A stretch of 51,581 bases of DNA, counting the filler, from Bilabrum cf. latius (Eukaryota), in NCBI GenBank assembly GCA_965178125.1. It is 2 parts of 2 records of this genome, joined end to end, with 100 filler letters (N's around TTAATTAATTAA, not from the genome) between each part and the next. Parts side by side here need not be neighbours in the genome. Positions count along the whole stretch, not along the records: positions 1 to 25,822 come from CBCXTV010000037.1; 1 more part is not named here. The stretch is one strand, 5' to 3'. Each line of letters opens with the position of its first letter. Positions within the stretch are counted from its first letter, which is position 1. The position numbers were made by a program, and so were the translations under genes. The notes under the pieces are model-generated. The model had not been told where the DNA came from. It ran no database searches and saw only the letters and a list, made by a program, of their open reading frames with translations. Positions 1 to 10,388 of the stretch are shown here, piece by piece.

Positions 1-403
1 GAGACGTAGTGGCATCGCCCCCGCCTGCTCATTCCTACTTTGTTACCTCGATTGTCAGCTTGGGGCTCGGGGGCGGCGGATTCAGCGGGCAGCTCATGTA
101 TGCTGGAGTGTCATCCCGCGACCTCTGACTTCTGTCCGTGGCTTTACCTCTTCGCGCAGGAAGATTCCTCATGAGGCAAGCCCGGTGCGAACTCCTGTGG
201 GATGCCGTGCGCTGGTTCGGATTCCACTCATGCCCGATGTGGGGAGCGCTAGGGTAAAGGATCGTCTGTCCCTGCAAGTTTCGATTCGGCTCGAGTCAAT
301 GTGAGGAAGGAGAGGTGCGGCAGCATGACGCGGAACGAGGTGACGTCCTTTGTCCGCGATAGGTCGCCGCGTCGCGCGGTGGCGACCCCGCAGCGCCCAA
401 ACC
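1..403 (+). repeat. Direct repeat, paralogous to 25323-25704
   Basis: ccgcctgct(c/g)attcctactttgttacctcgattgt...ggcgacccc.cagcgcccaaa occurs in both places with scattered substitutions; the 25.3-kb copy has a ~20-nt deletion. Confidence 0.95.
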
Positions 404-849
404 CCGCCCCGCCAGCGAGTCCTCACTCGACAGCGGTGTCGAACCTGCAGCAGCGCTTCGAGAACATGCAGCAGCGTGCGGAAAGCTTGAGCGCTCAGCT
501 GGAGTACGCCCAAAGTGTGATCAGGCTGCTCTCAGGCCTGTTGCGCGATGAGGCTCCTCGGTTCCATGCAGACTTTGATCCCGTGATTCGGCGTGCGATG
601 TCTGGCGCAAGCGGCTCCGTTGCGGGTAGGTCTTTCCGTCTTGTGGACGGAGGCGTCATCCACGGACCTGACACAGCAGTCGCTGCTCCTCCGCGTCGTC
701 TCATCGTTGAGGTGCGTACGGACTGGGAGATGACCGAGACTGCCTCAACTGTGCTGGATTCCTCAGGATCAGACGACATGGGTTCCGAGGACTCGCCGCC
801 GCCGACCGTCGTCCTCCCCAGCGGCGCGGCGGGCGCCGGCGGTGCCTAG
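325..849 (+). CDS. Hypothetical protein with coiled coil (~174 aa)
   Basis: ATG at 325; heptad segment VSNLQQRFENMQQRAESLSAQLEYAQSVIRLLSGLL; same orientation as the other genes of the unit. Confidence 0.5.
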   Translation: MTRNEVTSFVRDRSPRRAVATPQRPNPAPPASPHSTAVSNLQQRFENMQQRAESLSAQLEYAQSVIRLLSGLLRDEAPRFHADFDPVIRRAMSGASGSVAGRSFRLVDGGVIHGPDTAVAAPPRRLIVEVRTDWEMTETASTVLDSSGSDDMGSEDSPPPTVVLPSGAAGAGGA

Positions 850-1423
850 TCCTCGGCAGCTCCTGCATCGGAGCCTCCTGTCGAGATTCGATCGCGCAAC
901 GTCGTTCCTTACATTGCTTGCCGTCGCATGTGCCGGGCGGTGGTGGGTGTGCGTGTTCGCCGAAAGTTCCCGGCCTCGTCTTCCTCAGGAGAGCTCCTCG
1001 ACCCGAAATTGGCAGCTCAGCGCTGCCGTGGCCGATACAGTACCCGTGCACGGCCAGTTGGCAGCTACGCGCTGCCGTTGCCAATGTCGTCCGCACGAGA
1101 GCAGAGTGGCAGCTCAGCGCAGGCGAGAAACCGCGCTCGCAATGCTGCGAGGTGTATTCAATGCTGTGCACGTGTCTATCCCTCTCCCTGGTTTTGTCTC
1201 GCTTGCGCCAGTGTGACCGCAGCAGAGCGGGTGCTTCCCGTGCGTCTTCAGCTTTGAGCACTCCTCCAGCGACAGGAAGGCATTCGCTTGCTCTCGCTCC
1301 CCGCCTGCGTCCTATCCCTCCCGGGTATCTTCAGAGGCCACAGGCAGTGCGAAGCTTGGCAGCGGGTCCGTCCGCGTCGTTTCGGCTGTGAGCGATCTTC
1401 TGCCCGGTTCCTCACGCGTCATA

Positions 1424-3025
1424 ATGTCCTCTGCTTCGGTGCCGGATCAGCTCGCACGGATCAGTAAGGAGCTGAAGTGTCTCAGAGACGCGAGACAACG
1501 GGCGCGCAATGGGCTGCGCCATCCGTGGTTGCGCGCCATGGAGGCACAGGTCGCTGAGGTTATTCGTCATCACCCCGGAGGTGGCGAGGCAGCTCTTCGA
1601 ACCTATGTCTCTCGTCAGTTGCAGAGTCGACAGGTTTCCACGCGGACGGCTTCGCAGGAGGAGTTTCAAAGGCAGGTCGATGAGGAGGTCGCGCTCACCA
1701 TGAGGCGCCCAGCTGAGGCGTGGCAGCGAAATCCTCTTCGCTCATGTCATCGAGAGTCCGTGGCACGCGCAGAGGCCTTTCTCGCCGAGGCTTCTGTCGT
1801 TGCTTGGATCGACCATGTGAACGAGCAGCGTGGGTGTGCTCCAACTGGGAACATGGTTTTCGCCATGCTTGCGAGGATGGGCGTTCGCGCGGGGAAGGAC
1901 TCGGCTCGACGGCAGTGGCTCCTGCGCTTCCGTCGTCGTTGGCGGCTTCGGCATGGCCGATTGAAGAAGCAGCCCCCGGTAACACTCGATTACGTCAGAC
2001 TCGCGTGTCGTGTCTTCTATCAGTGGATTGAATTCGCAGAAGCGCGAGTGCCCCCCAACCGCCGCCTCGTCTTTGTGAACTTCGATGAGTCCAGCGTGCC
2101 CTTTGCCTTTCCGGGAATGCGCGGGTACATCGCACCGAGGTCAGGAACGGAGCCCGCTTCGCTTGGTTCGCGCACGGAGCGCCTCGCCTCGAATAGCAAT
2201 CGAGGATCGTACACCTTTCTGGGTTTTATTAGCGACTGCCCGGAAATCCAGCGACGACTCCCGCGTATACTCATCGGGAAGCACACGCGGCTGAGCAAGC
2301 GCTTGATGCGTGGGGCGCCGAACCAAATGGTGGACGGAATGGAAGTCTGGGCCCGAGAGAGCTCGTGGGTGACGCAGTCCCTCATGTTCGACATTCTGCG
2401 TCGGCTTTTCGCTTCTTGGATGGACATTCAGCATGAGATCTATCCAATAGTGATACTTGACTGCGCGCCCCAACACATTTCCACTGAGATTGTGAACTTC
2501 GCACACGGCCTTGGCATGGATCTCGTGTTTATTCCTGGTCGACTCACCTTCTTGCTTCAGCCGTTGGACGTTCTCGTCTTTCAGCTTCTTAAGCGCGACC
2601 TTCGGGAGACGTGGATGCAGGAGCGCTCGCGTCATGAAGCGGGTCATGTCGATGTCTCTTGCCATCTCAGGGTTGTCGCTGAGTGCACGAAGAGAGTGCT
2701 CTCGTCTGGCTCGTGGCAAGGCGCTTTCGATATGACAGGCATTACCAGCGGCAGGCGCCGCTTGCATTCGACCCTACGGCGCTTGTTTGAGTGTGACATG
2801 GAGGACATCTCCAGCGATGCTCCGTCTGTCGACCAGCTCCGCTTCATCAGCAGTCCGCAGCAGCCTCTCCCGCACGATGCGCTCATCAACAGGGCCCCAG
2901 TCGCGTCCGGACACGGGGTCGACGGAGGCGTCCACGGTGGTAACGCTCGCCGCGTGCCTCGTGGCCGCAGACTAAACGGATGGACCCCCCGCGATCGCGC
3001 TCACCCCTCGGCGGCCATGCCGTGA
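1424..3025 (+). CDS. pogo/Tigger-like DDE (DD35D) transposase/integrase
   Basis: CENP-B-like WLLRFRRRW. Catalytic motifs VNFDESS, VILDCAPQH and FIPGRLTFLLQPLDV, with 35 residues between the 2nd and 3rd Asp. Intact 533-aa frame from ATG 1424. Confidence 0.9.
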   Translation: MSSASVPDQLARISKELKCLRDARQRARNGLRHPWLRAMEAQVAEVIRHHPGGGEAALRTYVSRQLQSRQVSTRTASQEEFQRQVDEEVALTMRRPAEAWQRNPLRSCHRESVARAEAFLAEASVVAWIDHVNEQRGCAPTGNMVFAMLARMGVRAGKDSARRQWLLRFRRRWRLRHGRLKKQPPVTLDYVRLACRVFYQWIEFAEARVPPNRRLVFVNFDESSVPFAFPGMRGYIAPRSGTEPASLGSRTERLASNSNRGSYTFLGFISDCPEIQRRLPRILIGKHTRLSKRLMRGAPNQMVDGMEVWARESSWVTQSLMFDILRRLFASWMDIQHEIYPIVILDCAPQHISTEIVNFAHGLGMDLVFIPGRLTFLLQPLDVLVFQLLKRDLRETWMQERSRHEAGHVDVSCHLRVVAECTKRVLSSGSWQGAFDMTGITSGRRRLHSTLRRLFECDMEDISSDAPSVDQLRFISSPQQPLPHDALINRAPVASGHGVDGGVHGGNARRVPRGRRLNGWTPRDRAHPSAAMP

Positions 3026-3039
3026 CCTCGACCACGACC

Positions 3040-4044
3040 ATGTCAGGGGCGAACGCGACTTCGTCAACCTCGAGCACGACCATCCCAGCGGCGAAGGCGG
3101 CTTCCTCGATGGGATCCCTGACCCCGACGAAGCTTCCCCGACCTCGGCCACGTGAACCTGCAGGCGCATTCTTGCCCGATGTGCCCGCGCAGGTGGCGGC
3201 CTGCACGGCGTGGGCGCCACCGTTTCGTCGACCAGACAGCTCAGCCACTCCGGCGACGCGCGAGGCGGCAACGTCCACGTGCATCAATCCGTGGACCGCT
3301 CTCTCCTGGTATCCGACACCACCGCAGCCGACGGACCCCCCTTCCGACAGGCCTCGCGAGGTACCGAACCGGAGCTCCCGGCAGCAGCGCAGGCGTCATG
3401 CTTGGGGCGGCACGTGGGTGTTCGACGACGCCATTACGCTCAGCGATTGCGGGTCGAGGGTGCAGATCGACGCGCCGCAGTCGAAGCTCTTGGCGATGGT
3501 CGTGCCCCGGAAGTCGGGCCAGTGGATTCCTCGTAGGCTGCGCTCGCGTACGATCTGGTATTTGGCTGGGGAGCAGTCGGCCGTGATCACCAACCTCAAG
3601 TGCCAGGCCTGCAGTCGGGTCAAGCACGCGGACAGCTTCAACCCGAAGAGCTTGCGTCGGGCTCAGTACTCGTTGCTGCATTCCCTGTGGCCCGGCTACA
3701 TACGACGTACCGAGCGGTCTATTTGGTGCACGCAGTGTGCGGTGGAGGACCAGTTGATGCAGGGCAACTTTCCGGACGGCTACTGTTTCCGGATCCGCGC
3801 CACACTCGAAATTTGCCATCAAGATCGCGTCGCGGCCAAGCTGTTTGCAGTGCACGACAGTAACGCTCTCTTCGAGCAGATCCCGCTGAGCTCCCGTGCG
3901 GCCATGGACGTGGCGGAGCAGTTGCGCCGATACTGGCAGGATGCCGTGTCCTCAGACGGCCAGAGCAACATCTTCCACAGCGACCACGTTTCGACAGACG
4001 ACGACTCTGAGTTCGCACCGGGCGGACCGGAGAGCGTGCCGTGA
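3040..4044 (+). CDS. Hypothetical Cys-rich zinc-finger protein (Stc1-like CxxC...K...F...CxxC)
   Basis: LKCQACSRVKHADSFNPKSLRR...IWCTQC; low-complexity N-terminus; starts 15 nt after the transposase stop. Confidence 0.6.
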   Translation: MSGANATSSTSSTTIPAAKAASSMGSLTPTKLPRPRPREPAGAFLPDVPAQVAACTAWAPPFRRPDSSATPATREAATSTCINPWTALSWYPTPPQPTDPPSDRPREVPNRSSRQQRRRHAWGGTWVFDDAITLSDCGSRVQIDAPQSKLLAMVVPRKSGQWIPRRLRSRTIWYLAGEQSAVITNLKCQACSRVKHADSFNPKSLRRAQYSLLHSLWPGYIRRTERSIWCTQCAVEDQLMQGNFPDGYCFRIRATLEICHQDRVAAKLFAVHDSNALFEQIPLSSRAAMDVAEQLRRYWQDAVSSDGQSNIFHSDHVSTDDDSEFAPGGPESVP

Positions 4045-4296
4045 GGGACCGCAGCGACAGTAGCGTCGCTTAGGTGAGGAGCGGGTGCCAATGCTCTTTT
4101 GAAAATGGTGTGTCGTACGTACGGCAGGAGCCGTCGGTGGGAGCGGGGCGGATCCTGCGGGAAGTCGTGGAGACTGAGGGCAGAGACTCTCGGGTCGGTC
4201 AGGGTCTCATGTAACGTGCTGTTCACCGCAGAGGTATGTGCGGATCTTGGTGGATCTCTCGAGGACATGGGTGGCATACCGTTGTGCATCCGTTCC

Positions 4297-4430
4297 CCGG
4301 GGGGGGCGGTCGCAGAAGAGTGCACACGAAAACAAGAGGAAAGGAGACCAACCCCCCAAACCCACGTAGTGCGATCCTGGGGGGTACCCTATAAGGTACT
4401 AAGAATCCTTCTCCCGAAAATCGCACTACC
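4297..4430 (+). repeat. Second copy of the candidate origin hairpin (paralog of ~18718-18845), between 55-bp direct repeats
   Basis: gtagtgcgat (4366-4375) and atcgcactac (4420-4429) are conserved. Flanking repeats tcttggtgga...gttccccg lie at 4245-4299 and 4444-4498. Confidence 0.9.
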
Positions 4431-5405
4431 TCGGGCCACAACGTCTTGGTGGATTCCTCGAGGACATGGGTGGCATACCGTTGTGCATCCGTTCCCCGTC
4501 GCTCCCTAACGTCTTCAGTGGCAGGTTCGGAAAAGACACCTCCGTAGGCACGCGACAAGTCCCGGTGAAGCGGGCTCGCACCGCGCTGGGCGGGAGATCG
4601 TGAGCGCTTAGAGGACCGGAGCTCTCGGGCGGGTGCGTGTCTCGACAAACTCCCTCTTGACCACGGGCGGGGAACGTGTAGGGCGGAAGCTAAAGACACC
4701 GTAAGTAGCGGAGGGCTAACATTCCGTCCTTCGGTGAGAGCCAAAAGTTCGAGTCTGCGAGAGACTATTATACGAAGTTCTCCCCTCCTCATACGTGCGC
4801 ATAGCCTCCTCACGCGGTAGCGCGAGCGCGGGACCCGGACCTGTCCCTGATGGGCGTGAATCTGAACCCGGCGTACTCTCCTAGTCTGTCACTTCCACGA
4901 CCTTGTTGTCGCGGAACCACTTGCACGGAGAGGAACCTGTCGTTCAAGCGGGTGCAGCCGGACGCGCAGGTGTAGTGCATCGCCTTGCATATGTGCACGG
5001 CCAAGTAGATGCCGGAACCGTAGAGGTATCACACTTCCCGCGGAGCTTGGGTGGGTCTTTCGCTGCTGTCGTCTGCTCCAGAAGGTTTGCGCCAAAAACC
5101 GGAAAACTTCTAAGACAGAGGTGGGATGCCAGGAGCTCACGGTCCTGCCGGATTGGGGAGGTCCATGCCCACGCGAGCCGGGTACGCGTCCAAATCAACG
5201 CACAGAGCGGGAGCTGACGGCGCCAAGGACGCTCACTGTCAGGCACACACAACGCGGAAACCACAGAATTCGTCATTTCGCGTTCAAAGCCTGCCAACGA
5301 CGTGGTGCTTGGCGAAATGTGGTGGGTGGCGAAGATGTGGTACTTCGCCGTGCCTTTCTCTATGACGGCCAAGCGTGCACTCGCCATCGCGCTCGGACGC
5401 CACAG

Positions 5406-5554
5406 GAAGAGATCCCAGCACGCAGCTCCGCCGCCTCATCCAGGAGTAAGGCGAAGTCGAATCGTGAATAGCGCTTCGCACCTTCACAGAGCCGAGGATC
5501 ACAGATAGGCCCCGCCTCACAGAACCCAGCGCCATAGGGCAGAGCGTGAAGTAC
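5406..5554 (+). pseudogene. Diverged fragment of the 3' end and downstream region of the 17888-18358 gene
   Basis: Aligns with 18296-18445 (gaagagatc.cagcacgcagctccgcc...gggcagagcgt.aagtac). Confidence 0.8.
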
Positions 5555-6558
5555 CTGGCCGCTTGGCTTGGCCGGACCCCCGCCCGCCCTCCGCCGGCAG
5601 CTCCTCCCGTCCGTCCCTATGGAGGCAGATCCGCGTACCCATGCTGCGGCGGGATCCTGACACAATCCGCTCCTCTTAGTGTGTGGCCGTGGGGCATGAG
5701 TGGAGCAGCATCGGGCCCTCACCAGCCGTGGAACGGAAGCAGCTCTCCGTGCGGCAGCTGTGCGATGCACAGACCTCGTCCCAAAGATACGGATCCATTT
5801 TGCCGTCTTCCCGCGCATACTGCATCGCTCTGCAAAACTGCATTGCGCAGTGGATCCCCGAGCGTCGACTGCCAATAGCAGGCGGCCTCGCAAGGCCTTC
5901 ATGGACGCAGGATTTGGGCTTCTTCATCGTAAATTTGGGGTCTGCTCAGCGCGCGAAAATTCCAACGCTTCAAAATGATCCGGACGTCGCGAGAAGGGAA
6001 CTCGTTGCTTGCTCACCTGTGCGGAGGGGTTGGATGCCCGATGTGCTAAAGAGAGGATACTGTCCGTCGGCGTTCTCTCTTCACCTTGTGCGGAAGGGTT
6101 GGGTGCCTGATTTCAGACAGAGAAGGTCTCGTCCGTTGGGAGCGCTTAGGAATACTTCCGGATGGGGCGTCCAGACGCGGTCCAGGACCTCCAGCTCGTC
6201 GGGGTCAATGTCGCCCGCGCCGTCCGTGCCTTTGACGCCCTCTGGATCGATGATGCCCACGATCTTTGTCATCTCGGACGACACACGTCCCAGCTGCTCT
6301 TTGGTAGTGCATTACCTCATTGACCCCGAAGCGTTGAATATTTAATGAAGACCCTTCGGAAGCTGACGAAGTTTGTCAGCTTGTCGGAGCGCAGCCTGGG
6401 TCCTTGTCAACAAACATGGAGGGTTTCGGGGCGGATTTCCAGCGTTCCGCCTTGATATCGAGTGCACCTCGAGGTCGGGATCGAAGCGGGGCGGGCGGTT
6501 CGTCATCCTCTGTGATACGCTTAGGAGGCGCCGACTTGATGCCCACCTTGTCCCCCAA

Positions 6559-6957
6559 TCACTCCAGACGTAACTGGGGAACTCTACCCGTCGTGGGCCG
6601 GGTACGCCTCCGAATCCCACGCGAGCCGTTCCCCACGGCGCACCGATAAGCGCCGCTGCAAGCGTACCAAGAGGGGCGTACCAAGAGGTGCTTCCTTCGC
6701 TCGGCAGTGTGGCACTTCAAGCAGTAGAATGTGCCACTCCCAGCACGTAGGTGGAGTTTGCGAGCTGCCGGCCGACATGCTCGTGTGGTGACCTCCGGCG
6801 CACCGATAAGTGCCGCTGCAAGCGCACCAATACTACTTCGCTTGGGAGCGTGGCACTTTAAGCAATGCAGTGCGCCGGTTTTCGTGCACGCCCAGTCGCG
6901 CGGACGCCGCAGGTGGCTTGGCGGTAGGATAGAATTAGTGGCGGGTCGGTTTTGCAT
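6559..6957 (-). pseudogene. Degenerate ORF with RanBP2-like zinc-finger remnants
   Basis: RPRDWAC...HCLKCHAPK and a second FYCLKCHTA unit; the internal duplication is visible at the nucleotide level (gtggcactt.aagca). Confidence 0.35.
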
Positions 6958-7130
6958 GTCTTCCCTCTCCTCTTGATATGGTACACAAAGGCAAGAGCCT
7001 GACGATGCAGACGGAACTCCTGGATTTCACCGCCACATTCCTAGTCAAGACAGCCCTCGACTAAACAGACGCCGAGTTATCTTGAGCAGCATCCCACGAC
7101 GCAGTGATGTGGACGGCAAGGGTGATGCCA

Positions 7131-9899
7131 TGCTTTCCGGGCCTCCCATGTGACCGCTTTTTGCGTACCGAAACACTTTCCGAGGTCGACGCCCCGGCGG
7201 AGCACGCCGGCGCGGCGGCAAGCGTCGATGTTGCGGGCGGCCCAGCCATGAGGTACATGATCAAGTACGCGGAAAGCACGCAGAGCGTCGTCAATCCGTT
7301 CGTGAGCCGCGAGTTCCAAAAGGTCTTCGAGCACATCCGCCCGGAAAGCACGCAGAGCATCGTCAATCCGTTCGTGAGCCGCGAGTTCCAGAAGGTCTTC
7401 GAGCACATCCCCCCGGAAAGCACGCAGAGCATCGTCAATCCGTTCGTGAGCCGCGAATTCCAAAAGGTCTTCGAGCACATCCCCCGGATGATGTCGAGCA
7501 TGCGGACGCCCTGCTCCGGATGATGTCGGCCATGCGGACGCTCTTCCCAGACCTTGCGCGGCAGCGGGACGAAAATGGAGCTCTCCCTGCACCGCAAGCA
7601 CGCCGGAAACCTGGTGCACTTCCACGTATGCATGACGGACTCCGAGAGGTCGCATCGTTGTCGCGTGGCGGAGGATTTCATTTGGGCCGGCAGCAGGCCG
7701 AATGTCGTGTACGGCTTTTAGGTACCGAACCCGAGCTCCCGGCAGCAGCGCAGGCGGCATGCTTGGGGCGGCACGTGGATCTTCGACGACGCCATTACGC
7801 TAAGCGATTGCGGGTCGAGGGTGCAGATCGGCGCGCCGCAGTCGAAGCTCTTGGCGATGGTCGTGCCCCGGAAGTCGGGCCAGGGCATTCTCCGAGTCTC
7901 TTTGCCGATGATGTCTGAGGAGAAACCGTCCGAGAGCATTGCTGTTTCCTTGGGAGACGGCCGCAATCTTCGTGGGCGTCAAGGCGCCGGTAATATGGGA
8001 AACGAGGGCGGCATGTTGGCGCGCGAGGTCGACGCCCCGGCGGAGCACGCCGGCGCGGCGGCAAGCGTCGATGTTGCGGGCGGCCCAGCCATGAGGCACA
8101 TGATCAAGTACGCGGAAAGCACGCAGAGCGTTGTCAATCCGTTCGTGAGCCGCGAGTTCCAAAAGGTCTTCGAGCACATCCCCCCGGAAAGCACGCAGAG
8201 CGTCGTCAATCCGTTCGTGAGCCGCGAGTTCCAGAAGGTCTTCGAGCACATCCCCCCGGAAAGCACGCAGAGCATCGTCAATCCGTTCGTGAGCCGCGAG
8301 TTCCAAAAGGTCTTCGAGCACATCCCCCGGATGATGTCGAGCATGCGGACGCCCTGCTCCGGATGATGTCGGCCATGCGGACGCTCTTCCCAGACCTTGC
8401 GCGGCAGCGGGACGAAAATGGAGCTCTCCCTGCACCGCAAGCACGCCGGAAACCTGGTGCACTTCCACGTATGCATGACGGACTCCGAGAGGTCGCATCG
8501 TTGTCGCGTGGCGGAGGATTTCATTTGGGCCGGCAGCAGGCCGAATGTCGTGTACGACGTATGGTCAGACGCAGCCGCTTGGAAGGCGGGTGGCGGCGTG
8601 GCAGACGGGAAGGATGTCGGAACCTGGGGTTCATGGAAGACGCCTGCGAAGTCGTCATGGGGGGAGCCGTACGTGCCGTGGCAGGTCGCGCCGGAGCCGG
8701 CGGAGGAGGCGACATGGACTTGCAACGCGTGCCAGGGCCTAAGCCCCGGTCAGAGTACTTCAAGAAGTGGAAGGACTGGATCCAACCAGTTTGCCGGGTG
8801 TGTTGCGACAAGTTCGACAACGCGACGCCGTGGTGGGTGAGGTGCAAGAACTGCAAAAACGAGTATCCGGCGTACCGATTTCCCCAGAACCGCCGGAAGA
8901 AGGAGAACCTGCGCTATTTCTTCCCTGAGGACTGGTGCGCGAAGTGCCTGGTTGCGCGTGGCTGGAGTCTCCATGATGTCCGTTCCTCTGCGGGTGAAGC
9001 GAAGCGTTGGGTGCCAAAAGCTGGCGCGAATACCGGTGACGGCGACAACGACGCTCGTGCTCCCGCACGCGACGAGCCTCCTGCAGGAGGCGCCGCCTCC
9101 TGCAGCAACGCCGTGCGTCAGAGTCCTTCGCGTGACGAGGCCTTGGATGACATCAACCGGGCCATGGAGCTTCTCCGGAATGCGGAGAAATTCATCTCCG
9201 CGATGCCATCGTGCATGCAGTGTGCGGTGCAGGACCAGTTGATGCAGGGCATCGTCAAAGACCAGGCCCTCTTGGATATCTTCTCCGGCAAGATAACGGA
9301 CTGGATCAAATACCATCCGGCCACTCTTGGGGCGATCCAATCCCATCGAAACGCATGGCTGTGGGCTGAGAACCACACGCCGACGGAATGGCTCATGGTT
9401 GTCGAGGATGATATCGAACCTCGCGAAGCATGCGTGGATCGGCTACTCGTAGTTCTTCACGCCATCGCGAAAACCCCAAGGTGACGCAGATGGCCATGTT
9501 AGCGGGGTCAGAAGCACCGAGAATGGTCAGCCTCCAGCGCGGAAACTCCACCTCCATCCACAACTGCGAGCGCCTCTTGGACGTGCGGACCTATCCGGCG
9601 CACTGGGTAGACAACACATTTGTGGTCCCCTACCACGTCGGCATGGGCCTAAAGTGGTATCTCATCAGCCCGGAGGGGAGGAAGGCGCTCCTGAAGATGC
9701 GGATCCCGAACCGAAGCTTCGAACGCTGCGTCTGGCGCCGCCTCTTCGACACGTTCCACGCCGGCGAAACCTCGAGTTTTGGCATCAAGATCGTGTCGCG
9801 GCCAGGCTGTACGACGGCGGCAAGAAGACGGAGAAGGAGGATGCTCACGGTATCGCCCTGATCATCTGCACGACTTCGTGGGGCTCCATGACGTAACGG
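7131..9899 (+). pseudogene. Scrambled mosaic of fragments of the element's own genes
   Basis: Consecutive blocks match ~23567, 24153, 16465, 20545, 20855, 3359, 24013, 24377, 3726, 14655, 15478, 3805, 24305 and 21659. It includes a 3x72-bp tandem and an 843-bp-offset duplication (7181-7712 vs 8024-8555). Confidence 0.9.
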
Positions 9900-9945
9900 C
9901 GAGCGAGAACATTGACTGGTGGCGTGGCTGGAGGATCTCGGGAAC

Positions 9946-10250
9946 ACACGGCGGGCGAGCCGTTTTTCAAAAGGAGCACGGGTCCTTCGGGACGCCATTT
10001 CACTTACGGCGGGCGAGCCGTTTTCCGAATGGTGCGGGGGTCCTACTGATGCACACGGCGATCGCTGGTTCACTCACGGCGGACACACGGCGGGCGAGCC
10101 GTTTTTCAAAAGGAGCACGGGTCCTTCGGGACGCCATTTCACTTACGGCGGGCGAGCCGTTTTCCGAATGGTGCGGGGGTCCTACTGATGCACACGGCGA
10201 TCGCTGGTTCACTCACGGCGGGCGAGCCGTTTTCCGAATGGTGCGGAGTC
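9946..10250. repeat. ~139-bp tandem repeat containing five acggcgggcgagccgtttt hairpin motifs
   Basis: Motif near 9948, 10006, 10087, 10145 and 10215; acggc/gccgt stem with a 6-nt loop followed by a T-run. Confidence 0.9.
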
Positions 10251-10388
10251 CTCCAGATGACCACGGTGATGGGTGGCAGCATGTCATAGGCGCGCCGTCG
10301 GAAGCTTCCCCTTCGAGTGCTGCCTAAAACTGAGAAACCTGGAGATCCTAGCATCGTATGGAGGCAAGAGGTAACACCTTGGGGTCCG

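Noticed and set aside
1-403. LTRs (with 25323-25704)
   Set aside because: There is no gag/pol between them and no TG...CA ends. The match is better explained by a local tandem duplication split by the contig break.
7061-9861. ORFs in the mosaic as genuine genes
   Set aside because: They are frame-mixed fragments of genes that are intact elsewhere in the unit.
9946-10250. CRISPR-like array of palindromic repeats
   Set aside because: The intervening sequences are themselves repeated, there are no cas genes, and the context is eukaryotic.
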